From contig CAVPIW010000014.1 of the NCBI GenBank assembly GCA_963705105.1, positions 192,001-256,000 of the forward strand: 64,000 bases of DNA, given 5' to 3'. The position numbers and the translations under genes were made by a program. The DNA comes from an uncultured Nitrospiraceae bacterium. GTDB taxonomy: Bacteria; Nitrospirota; Thermodesulfovibrionia; Thermodesulfovibrionales; Dissulfurispiraceae. The notes below the pieces were generated by a model. The model searched no databases and was not told the DNA's origin. It saw only the letters and a list, made by a program, of their open reading frames with translations. Below are positions 19,535 to 27,599 of the stretch, piece by piece; position 1 is the first letter of the stretch, and each line of letters begins with the position of its first letter.

Positions 19535-20586
19535 CAGCGCGGCGGCACCGTGAACCAGCCGCCTACCTTGGGGAGCAGAAACCGCTCCCGGTCGATCCCC
19601 TTGGCCTGCAGGGCTTCCGAAAGGGCCTGGCGTGGAGCGGCATAGGCTTCGTCGGCCATGGCAAAGACTTCGTGCTGGGTCCCCATGGCGTAGCCCTCCC
19701 CAAGGTCGAGGTAGGTTTGCACCGCCTCGGCGGGGGTCATGTGGGCATACTGCATGAACCACCGCGGCTCGTAGGCCCCAACCGGCAACAGACTGAACCG
19801 AGGGGGTCCATACCTGGCCACGAACTGCTCGGACAAGGCTTTCGCATAGCCGGCATCCGCCAGGAAGTAGATGGGACCACCCGGGGCCTCGACCACAAAA
19901 GCACCCCACAGTGCTTCACGCCGGTCAAAGAGGCCGCGGGCCGACCAGTGCTGCATCGGTTCGAGCGTAAAACGCACCAGGCGGTTCAGCTCAAAGCTTT
20001 CCCCCCAATCCAGCGTCTTGACCCGCATTCCGGGGATGGCCCGGAGCATGGTGGCATCGTTGCCCAGAGGGGCCAGCACCAGAGGGTTGAAAGCCCTGAA
20101 CAGGCGCTCGAGAGTCGGCAGGTCCAGGTGATCGTAGTGGTTGTGACTCACCAGCACCACGTCGATGGGGGGAAGATCTTCGAACCGAACACCGGGGGCG
20201 GAGACCCGCTTCGGTCCGGCAAAGCTCAGCGGGCTGGCCCGCTCCGACCACATCGGGTCGGTGAGAATGTTCAAACCCTGGGTTTGCAGCAGCACGGTGG
20301 CGTGCCCAATATAGGTCACCCGGAGGGTGTCGTCGGGAACCCTCACTGGAGGTGTTGAGGTGGTAACCGGTACGGACTCGGGCCACGGGCCGCGATCGGC
20401 CGTCAGGCGCCACTTGAGGAAGTCCCCGAAGCGGTCGGCCATTGGCGCCCAATGGTTGTCGAACTTCCGGCCGTCGAAGTGGGCGGTCACCGGTCCGCGG
20501 TAATAGCTGTTGCCGCATCCGGCAAAGAGCAGGACAACCAGCAGACAGAGAAACGATTGTGCCACCTTCGGCAAGAGCCGTTGCAT
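19534..20586 (-). CDS. MBL-fold metallohydrolase (NAPE-PLD/RomA-like) lipoprotein
   Basis: LLFAGC lipobox, YIGHAT, ILTDP, SHNHYDHLD, QHWSAR, LPVGAYEPRW. Confidence 0.9.
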   Translation of the reverse strand: MQRLLPKVAQSFLCLLVVLLFAGCGNSYYRGPVTAHFDGRKFDNHWAPMADRFGDFLKWRLTADRGPWPESVPVTTSTPPVRVPDDTLRVTYIGHATVLLQTQGLNILTDPMWSERASPLSFAGPKRVSAPGVRFEDLPPIDVVLVSHNHYDHLDLPTLERLFRAFNPLVLAPLGNDATMLRAIPGMRVKTLDWGESFELNRLVRFTLEPMQHWSARGLFDRREALWGAFVVEAPGGPIYFLADAGYAKALSEQFVARYGPPRFSLLPVGAYEPRWFMQYAHMTPAEAVQTYLDLGEGYAMGTQHEVFAMADEAYAAPRQALSEALQAKGIDRERFLLPKVGGWFTVPPR

Positions 20587-20597
20587 ATTCAACCTTC

Positions 20598-20686
20598 GCT
20601 CAACGTCGCACGTCAGCCGCCGCCGAGGGCCAATTGCCCGAGGGAACCGCAAGCGACGCTTGCGGCGGGCGGCCGCAAGTGCTGGT
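20598..20686 (-). other. attC-like integron recombination site with its inverse core interrupted
   Basis: Minus-strand GTTGAGC (GTTRRRY) 11 nt before the MBL ATG; imperfect hairpin GCAC..CAGCCGCCGCCG / GCGGCGGGCGGCCG..GTGC. Confidence 0.6.
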
Positions 20687-20791
20687 GTACGCCCGGCATG
20701 GGCGTGAGCTTGTGGGGTGAAAGTCCCCTGTACGAGAACCTGAAAATGTTCATATTAATGGATGCTATCACAAGTACGAGCCGAAGGCAAG
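20687..20791 (+). mobile_element. 5' fragment of a group IIC(-attC type) intron; no RT ORF
   Basis: GTACGCCCGGCATGGGCG...GGGGTGAAAGTCCCC...AGCCGAAGGCAAG resembles class C intron 5' ends as I recall them, and directly follows the attC bottom strand. Confidence 0.65.
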
Positions 20792-20857
20792 AGCCTGCCC
20801 CGGACCTGATCCGGGGAGCAGAAAACGCATACAAGGCTCAGTCCCCGGGATAGAAGA

Positions 20858-21207
20858 GGGTAGGTCAAGTCTACACACTGTACATCTATTTACGTAAATG
20901 CCACGCCAGATAGGAATCCAACAGCCGGCGCCCTTTATCAGATGAACCCATACATGCACTACTGCCCATACCACCAGACACGTGTACAATGCAAAATTAA
21001 ACTTAAATTTGCATTGTGAGGGCGGGCCTGCAAGCGATGTGGAATTTCTTGCCGGTTTTGAACCGGACTGTCGCCTGTGGATCATTGATAAAGTGACAAA
21101 TTAAGACATACGTTCATCTGTATTCGTCTTTACGCCGTTTCAATCGTGAGGAATTTGATGACACGCTCTTTCTCATCAAGTGTGCAATGTGTAGACCTGA
21201 CCTGCAT
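20858..21207 (+). pseudogene. RAYT/Y1 transposase remnant bounded by inverted REP-like ends
   Basis: IR AGGTCAAGTCTACACACTG / CAATGTGTAGACCTGACCT; ATG 20898 reads MPRQIGIQ-(frameshift)-GALYQMN; 3' end reads SSVQCVDLT. Confidence 0.5.
20972..21049. repeat. Direct repeat copy 2 (ACAATGCAAA-N12-TTTGCATTGT palindrome plus 30-bp core)
   Basis: Matches 19451-19534. Confidence 0.9.
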
Positions 21208-21211
21208 CTTC

Positions 21212-21328
21212 CAGCAGGGGTTCCGCGACGGCTTCCCTGGATTCATCCTTGCCGGCCTTTACAGTTTTTACGCCTACCTCAAGTACCTCAAGCTGTGGGA
21301 GATGGAGCGGAGTCAGGGAACAGACGGC
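21212..21328 (+). repeat. Third copy of the glycosyltransferase 3' end
   Basis: QQGFRDGFPGFILAGLYSFYAYLKYLKLWEMER-coding DNA similar to 16352-16459. Confidence 0.95.
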
Positions 21329-21643
21329 ACTCCTGCAGTGAGTCTGTCTTCTAACGAGAACGAACCGCCTGAGCTGGTTGTCGGCAATCTTTACACTGCC
21401 CGATAGACAGCCAAGTCCGTCTCACCGCTTCGATCCGCATGGTTTGCCTCATTAGTTCTTTTCTTGTCAATAAGATGCACTGCCGGGCGAGCCTGATATT
21501 CCGCGTCCAAAGACTTCGAAATGTCACAACCTGTGTAAAGTATCCCGAAACGCGCGATTTCATCTGCCGAATGGAGGTTTTTTCTAACATCCTGAAAAGA
21601 AACAATTTTCTCATCAGAACACAAAGATTGGCAGATATCAATT

Positions 21644-21724
21644 TGTCGGTAAAATTTACATTGTGCACCCTGAGAAAATTATTTCATTATAATTAAATGA
21701 CTTACAAGTAGGCACCATTCTTGC
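21644..21724 (+). promoter_or_regulatory. TGT-N11-ACA enhancer plus sigma-54 promoter of the PEP-CTERM gene
   Basis: TGTCGGTAAAATTTACA at 21644-21660; GG-N10-GC (AGGCACCATTCTTGC) at 21711-21724. Confidence 0.7.
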
Positions 21725-21778
21725 GTTACCTAATTGTGGGTGAATTGTCACTAAAATCAAGAAAGAAGGAGGTGAATT

Positions 21779-22393
21779 ATGAAGAAGCTATTTGTCTCAG
21801 TCATATGCTTGGCGCTCGTCGGTCTTGGCATGGCTGCCACGGCCGCAGCGTTCTCGTACAACATGGGCGCCGATTCGTATGTCGACGTGACCCAAACAGG
21901 AGACCCTGGCCTCGTGATGTGGGCCGATGTAAACCCCCTTGACGATATCAGTTTTGACCTGGGTGTTAACCAATCTTTCACGTTCTACTTCGCTCAAATC
22001 GGGACGAGTGAGGGGTCGATCAATCGGGACGACACTGCCCAGAGGCCAGTTGTGGCGTATCTGGACTTTGACATTCCCAACATTATCGGAAGTGTCGGCG
22101 GGACGTCAGCGGGTTACACAATAGGTCTTGCTGGTTTCATTCAGGGCTGGAATCTGATTTGGAACGATCCCGTAACGGTGATTTTCGGAAGTACGGGGAG
22201 GTTTGCAATCGACCTTAGCGACGCCAGTTACAGTGCGGGATTTTGGCTGGGGCCGGACGGCAGCGACTGTGTCACTGCGACAATCACACATCTTGCTGAC
22301 CCTGCGGCGGTTCCTGAGCCCACCACGTTGCTCCTGCTCGGTGCCGGCCTTACAGGTCTCGCCATGACACGCAGAAGGATGAAGAGGAACTGA
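21779..22393 (+). CDS. PEP-CTERM sorting-domain protein
   Basis: Signal peptide; VPEPTTLLLLGAGLTGLAMTRRRMKRN; AAGGAGGTG RBS. Confidence 0.95.
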   Translation: MKKLFVSVICLALVGLGMAATAAAFSYNMGADSYVDVTQTGDPGLVMWADVNPLDDISFDLGVNQSFTFYFAQIGTSEGSINRDDTAQRPVVAYLDFDIPNIIGSVGGTSAGYTIGLAGFIQGWNLIWNDPVTVIFGSTGRFAIDLSDASYSAGFWLGPDGSDCVTATITHLADPAAVPEPTTLLLLGAGLTGLAMTRRRMKRN

Positions 22394-22422
22394 AGCAGAA
22401 GCTCGTCACAGGCTTTTTTCAG

Positions 22423-22455
22423 AAAGGCAGGCCTCAAGCCTGCCTTTTCTTTTTC
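22423..22455 (+). terminator. Rho-independent terminator
   Basis: AAAGGCAGGC-CTCAA-GCCTGCCTTT followed by TCTTTTT. Confidence 0.8.
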
Positions 22456-22563
22456 TATCGTGACAGCTTAGATCCAACGTGGCGGATGCTCTGGACTTCT
22501 TAACGCTGACAATATCGAATGAGGCTCACATAAGTTCTCGTCCTTAATGCTATAGAATGCTGA

Positions 22564-22660
22564 ATTCCAATTTGTAACCCCTTCTCTCTGTAATGCTTAT
22601 CCCTTTGTCGAAAAACTTTACAGGTCGAATCCCTGAAATCTCACTGCCAATCACAGAGCG
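22564..22660 (+). repeat. Duplicated PEP-CTERM upstream segment containing TGT-N11-ACA (22606-22622)
   Basis: ATTCCAATTTGTAACCCCTTCTCTCTGTAATG and CTTATCCCTTTGTCGAAAAACTTTACAGGT recur at 26299-26377. Confidence 0.85.
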
Positions 22661-22678
22661 CAGGGGGTCAGCCCTTGA

Positions 22679-24294
22679 CGGGCTGTTGCCCAAAATGAGT
22701 TTTTAGAGCATCGAGTTCAAACATAACCCGTAGACATCACTTCTTCCGTGATATTGCTCGGAGGCAGTCACGGTGTCCATAATATGCCGCAATGACGGCC
22801 ACAATCAGAGACCGGATCGCCTTCGTACGGGCAGTTTCCACTGCCAGTGCTCTTGCTGCCGCCATTCTTTTAGGTTTAGCGGCTTTGGTGATCAGTACCT
22901 GGATGTTCTGAATCGCACAGGTCAGATACTCCTGTATCCGCATTCGCCACAGTCCCCGCCACCTCGCCTGATCAAACCCGTATCGTGTCCCCCTCGCAAA
23001 AGAACGCTCCATCAAGTGCTGCCTGGTTCGTATGTCCCGTCTCGCTTTGGCAGTCCGGCTTCCTTCAAGCATTGTATCAAGATCATCCTGCCGCAGATGT
23101 CTCTTGATCGTCCGGCCAGACACGTTCTTCGTGCATCTCTCCCTCAACAAGCACGCCGCACAGACTTTCCGGGCAGCGCTATAATCCCGGCTCTGTCGAC
23201 TCACATGCAGCGATTTGGGTTTCAGGACTGCCCCGGCAGGGCACTGGTACGTATCCGGTTCAGGGTCATACCGAAAGCTCTCCTCAGAAAACTGACACTC
23301 TCTCTCGGTCCGCCTCAGCGCACTGTCCCGTAATGCAGGGATATGGGCCTGAATCCCCCGATCATGACACGCAAGAAAGTTGTCGATCGTTCCGTACTTG
23401 CTGTCCGCAACAACAGTCTGTACCTCAACGCCCGTCGTCCCCTGGTGGGCTGCCAGTAACGGAAGCATCCGATGCGCTTCATTCACATCCCCAGGGGTCG
23501 CTTCGGTCGCCGTGATGATTTCGTTCTGTCCCTCAACCACACGATGAACCTGGTAGGTCAGCTTCGCCTTGCCACGGTTGACGATCGCCGCATCAGGGTC
23601 CGTGCTGGAGATATACCGGCTGTTCTTCCTTTCGTCTGCCCCTGACCAATCCGTGCTTTGCTGACTGTCTTCAAGTCGGGCTTCCAGCTTCTTGTAATTC
23701 TCCTTCAATTGGCCCTTCAGGCTCCTGGTGTCAATGACGGCGTTGTTTGATGCATTGGCATCCACGAGGCTGGAGTCCACAAAGATCTTGCTGCCGTCCA
23801 CAAGCCCCGCCTCCACACATTGGCCGACGACTCTCTCGAAAAATCCCCTGAACACCTCAACTCCCCACCGCTTCCGGGCTTTCGACAATACGCTGTGATC
23901 AGGCACCTCCCAGTTCAGGTCATACCCTAAGAACCACAGCCAATCCAATCGTTCCGGAACCGTTTCCATCAACTCCCGCTCGGATCGTACGTTGTACAGC
24001 ACAAGCAGAAGCATCAGCTTCAGTATGACAGGGGGAGGAACAGAGACGTTCCCGTTGTTCCCGTAAAGTTTCTTGACTTCCGCGTACACAAAATTGAAGT
24101 CAATGTGCTCTGTGATCTTTCTTAACGGATGGTCTTTCCGTATTCTCTTGTCCAGGTTGATGCCGACATAAAACAGGCTTCCCTGATACTCCTGCTGCAC
24201 TCCCATCATCGCTCGTTTTCCTCCATGCTCCGGGGTATACAGCATCATACCATGGGTCCTCAGGGCCTTCAAGACTTATTTGGGCAACAGCCCG
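22679..24294 (-). mobile_element. Complete IS1182-family insertion sequence
   Basis: Perfect 16-bp TIR CGGGCTGTTGCCCAAA; TTGA target duplication at 22675-78 and 24295-98. Confidence 0.92.
22737..24209 (-). CDS. IS1182-family DDE transposase
   Basis: DHPLRKI, YNVRSEREL, PDHSVLSKAR, VDSSLVDANAS, STDPDA, ADSKYG, YQCPAG, CAACLLRERC. Confidence 0.92.
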   Translation of the reverse strand: MMGVQQEYQGSLFYVGINLDKRIRKDHPLRKITEHIDFNFVYAEVKKLYGNNGNVSVPPPVILKLMLLLVLYNVRSERELMETVPERLDWLWFLGYDLNWEVPDHSVLSKARKRWGVEVFRGFFERVVGQCVEAGLVDGSKIFVDSSLVDANASNNAVIDTRSLKGQLKENYKKLEARLEDSQQSTDWSGADERKNSRYISSTDPDAAIVNRGKAKLTYQVHRVVEGQNEIITATEATPGDVNEAHRMLPLLAAHQGTTGVEVQTVVADSKYGTIDNFLACHDRGIQAHIPALRDSALRRTERECQFSEESFRYDPEPDTYQCPAGAVLKPKSLHVSRQSRDYSAARKVCAACLLRERCTKNVSGRTIKRHLRQDDLDTMLEGSRTAKARRDIRTRQHLMERSFARGTRYGFDQARWRGLWRMRIQEYLTCAIQNIQVLITKAAKPKRMAAARALAVETARTKAIRSLIVAVIAAYYGHRDCLRAISRKK

Positions 24295-24328
24295 TTGATC
24301 CTTGACGTTAGGCCGCACCCTTGCAATC

Positions 24329-25185
24329 TGTCAATGGTCATCGAAAAGTGTACCAGTTTGGGGCCTTCCTCAGGGTTGATACTGTGAGAGGGACCTGGCC
24401 GTCGCCGGTCAAGATGGTCCTCTCAGAAGCCCCAGGATAGATGATCTCGGGGCGGTCCATACCGTGGCAGTCTGTCATGCGCCGTTGTTTCTCTCCTTGA
24501 AGTCTTTCACACGGTAGCTGTTGCCTTTGATGTTGATCACCCGACAGTGATGCAGTAGCCGGTCAAGGATCGCTGAAGCGATCACCGGGTCGCCGAAGAG
24601 TTCTTCCCACTCCGAGAAGCTCTTGTTCGAGGTGATCACGGTGCTGGCCCGCTCGTATCGGCGGCAGATGAACTGGAAAACCAGATGAGCCTCCTGCCGG
24701 GTGATCGGCATATAGCCCACCTCATCCACGACGACCAGGGCGCTTCTGTCGTATCCTCGTCCTCTCGATGCGCTCTCGGCATTCTGCTTGAGCTTGCCGA
24801 TCAGTTCGGCCATGGTGGTGAAGTAGATGCTGATGCCGGAGTAGCATGCCTTGATGGCCAAAGCGGTAGCCAGATGGGTCTTTCCCACTCCCGGAGGGCC
24901 GAGGAAGATGACGTTTTCCTTGCGGCCAACGAAGTCAAGGTCGAAGAGGTGCATGACCGATCTCTTGTCCAGGGTTTCGTGGAAGGAGAAGTCGTACTGT
25001 TCGATCGTCTTGTCGGAGGAAAGCCCGGCGATCTTCAAGGAAGTCCTGACCCGGCGCTCTTCCTTCGCCGTCACCTCTTCCTGCAAAAGCCGGTCGAGGA
25101 AGGCGAGGTATGTCTCACTGCTGTCTTGCGCCTGATCGGCCACGATCTGCAGCATGTCCTGAATACGGGTCAGTCGAAGCCGGGT
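24329..25185 (-). mobile_element. Truncated IS21-family element (one end plus istB; no istA)
   Basis: TGTCAATGGTCATCGAAAAGTGTACCA end-like sequence at 24329; istB directly inside. Confidence 0.7.
24475..25185 (-). pseudogene. istB: IS21 helper ATPase IstB, 5'-truncated
   Basis: GPPGVGKTHLA, VVDEVGY, RRYERASTVITSNKSFSEW, AILDRLLHH. Homology starts at RLRLTRI; the upstream codons are antisense to the higA-like remnant. Confidence 0.8.
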
Positions 25186-25269
25186 CTTCAGGCTGACTAT
25201 GAGCTTCGGGTCGCCCGGACTATGATCGGTCCTGAAGTCGAGAAAAGGGTCCAGCGCCACGTGGCATAG
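25186..25269 (+). pseudogene. 3' remnant of a HigA-type antitoxin
   Basis: LQADYELRVARTMIGPEVEKRVQRHVA* resembles HigA C-termini (LQxxYDL). Confidence 0.55.
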
Positions 25270-25430
25270 CACGATTATGTCATGCGGTCATGCAGGCTCA
25301 GGCAGAGAGGGAGGATAGTCAGGGTTGCCGAGAAGATAGCATTATTCTATACGACAAAGAGCGACCCTTTCTAAGACCACATTATGCTACAATGTAGTTA
25401 CAAAGATGTAAGAATGGCAGGAGGTGTTTT

Positions 25431-25706
25431 ATGGGGCAGACATCGGTCAACATTCGTGAGCTAAAAAGCCGTCTGAGCCATTATCTCAGGCTGACCAAGG
25501 CAGGGGAATCGGTCGTGATCACCGAGCGCGGCACCCCGATCGGCCGCATTGTGCCGATGGCCGCTCCGATAGAGCAACGGATAGAGGCTATGACACAGGC
25601 AGGCCTGGCGCTCTGGAACAGGAAAAAACTTAAATCTATTCCGCCCGTAGTCAAGGTGCGTGGTAAACGTACGGTGGCCTCTCTGTTGATCGAGGACCGC
25701 GAGTGA
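25431..25706 (+). CDS. Phd/YefM-family antitoxin
   Basis: VNIRELKSRLSHYL..GESVVITERGTPIGRIVP; AGGAGGT RBS. Confidence 0.92.
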   Translation: MGQTSVNIRELKSRLSHYLRLTKAGESVVITERGTPIGRIVPMAAPIEQRIEAMTQAGLALWNRKKLKSIPPVVKVRGKRTVASLLIEDRE

Positions 25707-26140
25707 TCGTCTATCTGGACGCGAGTGCCCTCGTTAAGCGGTATGTCTCCGAGGCCGGCTCCAGGGAGGTCAATGATTTAATTGCCGAGGCTCCTGTGGT
25801 TGGCACCGCTGCAATCAGTCATGCCGAGGTTTCTTCGGCCCTGGCAAAGGCTGCCAGAATGGGGCTGCTTTCACGGGAGGATGCAGCTTCCGCCCTTCAG
25901 GTTTTCAACGCGGAATGGGAAAGTCTGGTCCGGCTTCAGATGACAGAGGTCCTCATTTCCCATGCTGCAATGATGGCGTGGGAGCACGGCCTGCGGGGAT
26001 ACGACTCGGTGCATCTTGCGGCGGCGGTCTTCTGGCAGGATATGCTTGGAGAAGAGGTTTTGCTTGCCACCTATGACCGTCAACTTTGGGACACGGCAAA
26101 GACAATCGGCCTGATGGCGTGGCCCGAATCGCTTAAATGA
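25703..26140 (+). CDS. vapC: VapC-family PIN-domain toxin
   Basis: YLDASALVKRY..E..LRGYDSVHLA..TYDRQL; GTGA overlap with the antitoxin. Confidence 0.92.
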   Translation: MIVYLDASALVKRYVSEAGSREVNDLIAEAPVVGTAAISHAEVSSALAKAARMGLLSREDAASALQVFNAEWESLVRLQMTEVLISHAAMMAWEHGLRGYDSVHLAAAVFWQDMLGEEVLLATYDRQLWDTAKTIGLMAWPESLK

Positions 26141-26298
26141 GCATCAGCAGGGAGATACGGTCTGGCGCTCTTTACGTACGACGCACATTTCAGGTATGAA
26201 CGGTCTCCTGTTGCGGGAACTTCCCGTCAGTGAGCCCGTTCTCTGTGACGCTGAAGGGTTAAAAACAATAAGCAAGACCCCGAAGGAGTACCCACTGC

Positions 26299-26500
26299 AT
26301 TCCAATTTGTAACCCCTTCTCTCTGTAATGATTTAGACAAAATGATCCTTATCCCTTTGTCGAAAAACTTTACAGGTTTATTACATTTAATACCCCGCAG
26401 TCTCTGCTGCGGGAACCTTGCGTCGTCGGGGTGCAGGGCGTCGGAGCGAAGCGAGTTTAGTTTATTGAATCCCTGAAATGTCATTGTCATTCACAGCGCG
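26299..26500 (+). repeat. Second copy of the PEP-CTERM upstream segment, carrying a small palindromic insertion (TAATACCCCGCAG..CTGCGGG..TTTATT, about 26378-26466)
   Basis: Collinear with 22564-22660 apart from two indels. Confidence 0.8.
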
Positions 26501-26568
26501 TGCGCGAATCCCTCTGAAAGAGCGATCCAAAAGGTCAACTCTCTGATTAAAGGGTGGCATATCGTTTT

Positions 26569-26661
26569 TGTCGAAAAATTTTACAGAAGGGCAAAACAAA
26601 AGCATCAAACACATAATTACTATTAATTATCAACACTTTACTATGTTGGCACGAACTTTGT
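26569..26661 (+). promoter_or_regulatory. TGT-N11-ACA enhancer, IHF site and sigma-54-like promoter
   Basis: TGTCGAAAAATTTTACA 26569-85; TATCAACACTTTA (WATCAAN4TTR) 26628-40; TGGCACGAACTTTGT 26647-61 (GT instead of GC at -12). Confidence 0.68.
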
Positions 26662-26723
26662 TAAAAAACGTGGGGCCTTGTGCCCGCTTTTGCACGATAG
26701 CGTCATTTTTAAAGGGGGCTCTC

Positions 26724-27392
26724 ATGACAAAGATAGTTGCTGTGATATCGACTCTTTTTCTTATAGTTATAGTCGCAGGATTTATTCAGGTTGCCCAGGC
26801 TGAGCTGATGAATGGGGACTTCAGTATGGGATCGAATGGATTGGATGGCTGGACAACTGACGGGGATGTGAGTGTACCTGCAGGCGAAGCACGTTTGAGT
26901 GATGCTGTGGCTTCTTACAGCCTCTTATACCAAGGCGTTGCGTTAACGCCTGGCTCGTATACTTTGGAGTTTGACTTCAAGCACAATCTCTCGCCCGAAC
27001 CATATATTGAGAACGACTTTTCTTTTCTCGACACCTTCTTCGCATCAATCTATTTCATTGATATTTTGTCCAATTTTGACCTCGACACTCCGGGATACGA
27101 CGGCGCAACTGCCCTCTTTGACATGGATTCAACGGGTCCATTTAACATCAATGGATTAATCAGCACAAGCAGCAACTGGTCCCATTTTTCTCTGACTTTC
27201 CAAAATATGCATGCATACGCAATCCCGACTTTTGAATTGTTTAACCTGAACAATAATTCCAGCGATAGCACTGTTTATATCGACAACGTCACCATCACTA
27301 CGGCCGCCGTTCCTGAGCCGTCGACGCTGCTCCTTCTGGGCGGCGGACTGCTTGGACTCGTGGGAATGGGGCTGAGAAGGTTCATGCAGTAG
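26724..27392 (+). CDS. PEP-CTERM sorting-domain protein
   Basis: Signal peptide AQA-ELMNGDFS, IDNV, VPEPSTLLLLGGGLLGLVGMGLRR. Confidence 0.93.
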   Translation: MTKIVAVISTLFLIVIVAGFIQVAQAELMNGDFSMGSNGLDGWTTDGDVSVPAGEARLSDAVASYSLLYQGVALTPGSYTLEFDFKHNLSPEPYIENDFSFLDTFFASIYFIDILSNFDLDTPGYDGATALFDMDSTGPFNINGLISTSSNWSHFSLTFQNMHAYAIPTFELFNLNNNSSDSTVYIDNVTITTAAVPEPSTLLLLGGGLLGLVGMGLRRFMQ

Positions 27393-27599
27393 CGAGAACG
27401 GATCAATCTTTTTTTGAAGTTGAAGGGGAATGACGGAAATCGTATAGCATTTGCACAGATGAATACAGAAAGAAATCGAACATGAGCCGGTCAAGATGAT
27501 ATTGCCACACAGCAGTGTCATGATGGCCGGCTGTTCGTTTTCATGCCCGAGTGGGTCCCCGGTAATATCGTGTCTTTGAAATAGCAAGGAGGAATTGCC

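Noticed and set aside
16352..21328. Glycosyltransferase-end copies as a DGR template/variable repeat pair or CRISPR-like array
   Set aside because: Differences are mostly synonymous and not adenine-specific, no reverse transcriptase is present, and the spacing is kilobases and irregular.
21391..21440. Minus-strand ETDLAVYRAV* as an IstA C-terminal remnant
   Set aside because: Too short and divergent to support.
24307..24313. GTTAGGC as a second attC core
   Set aside because: No matching inverse core or hairpin could be built around it.
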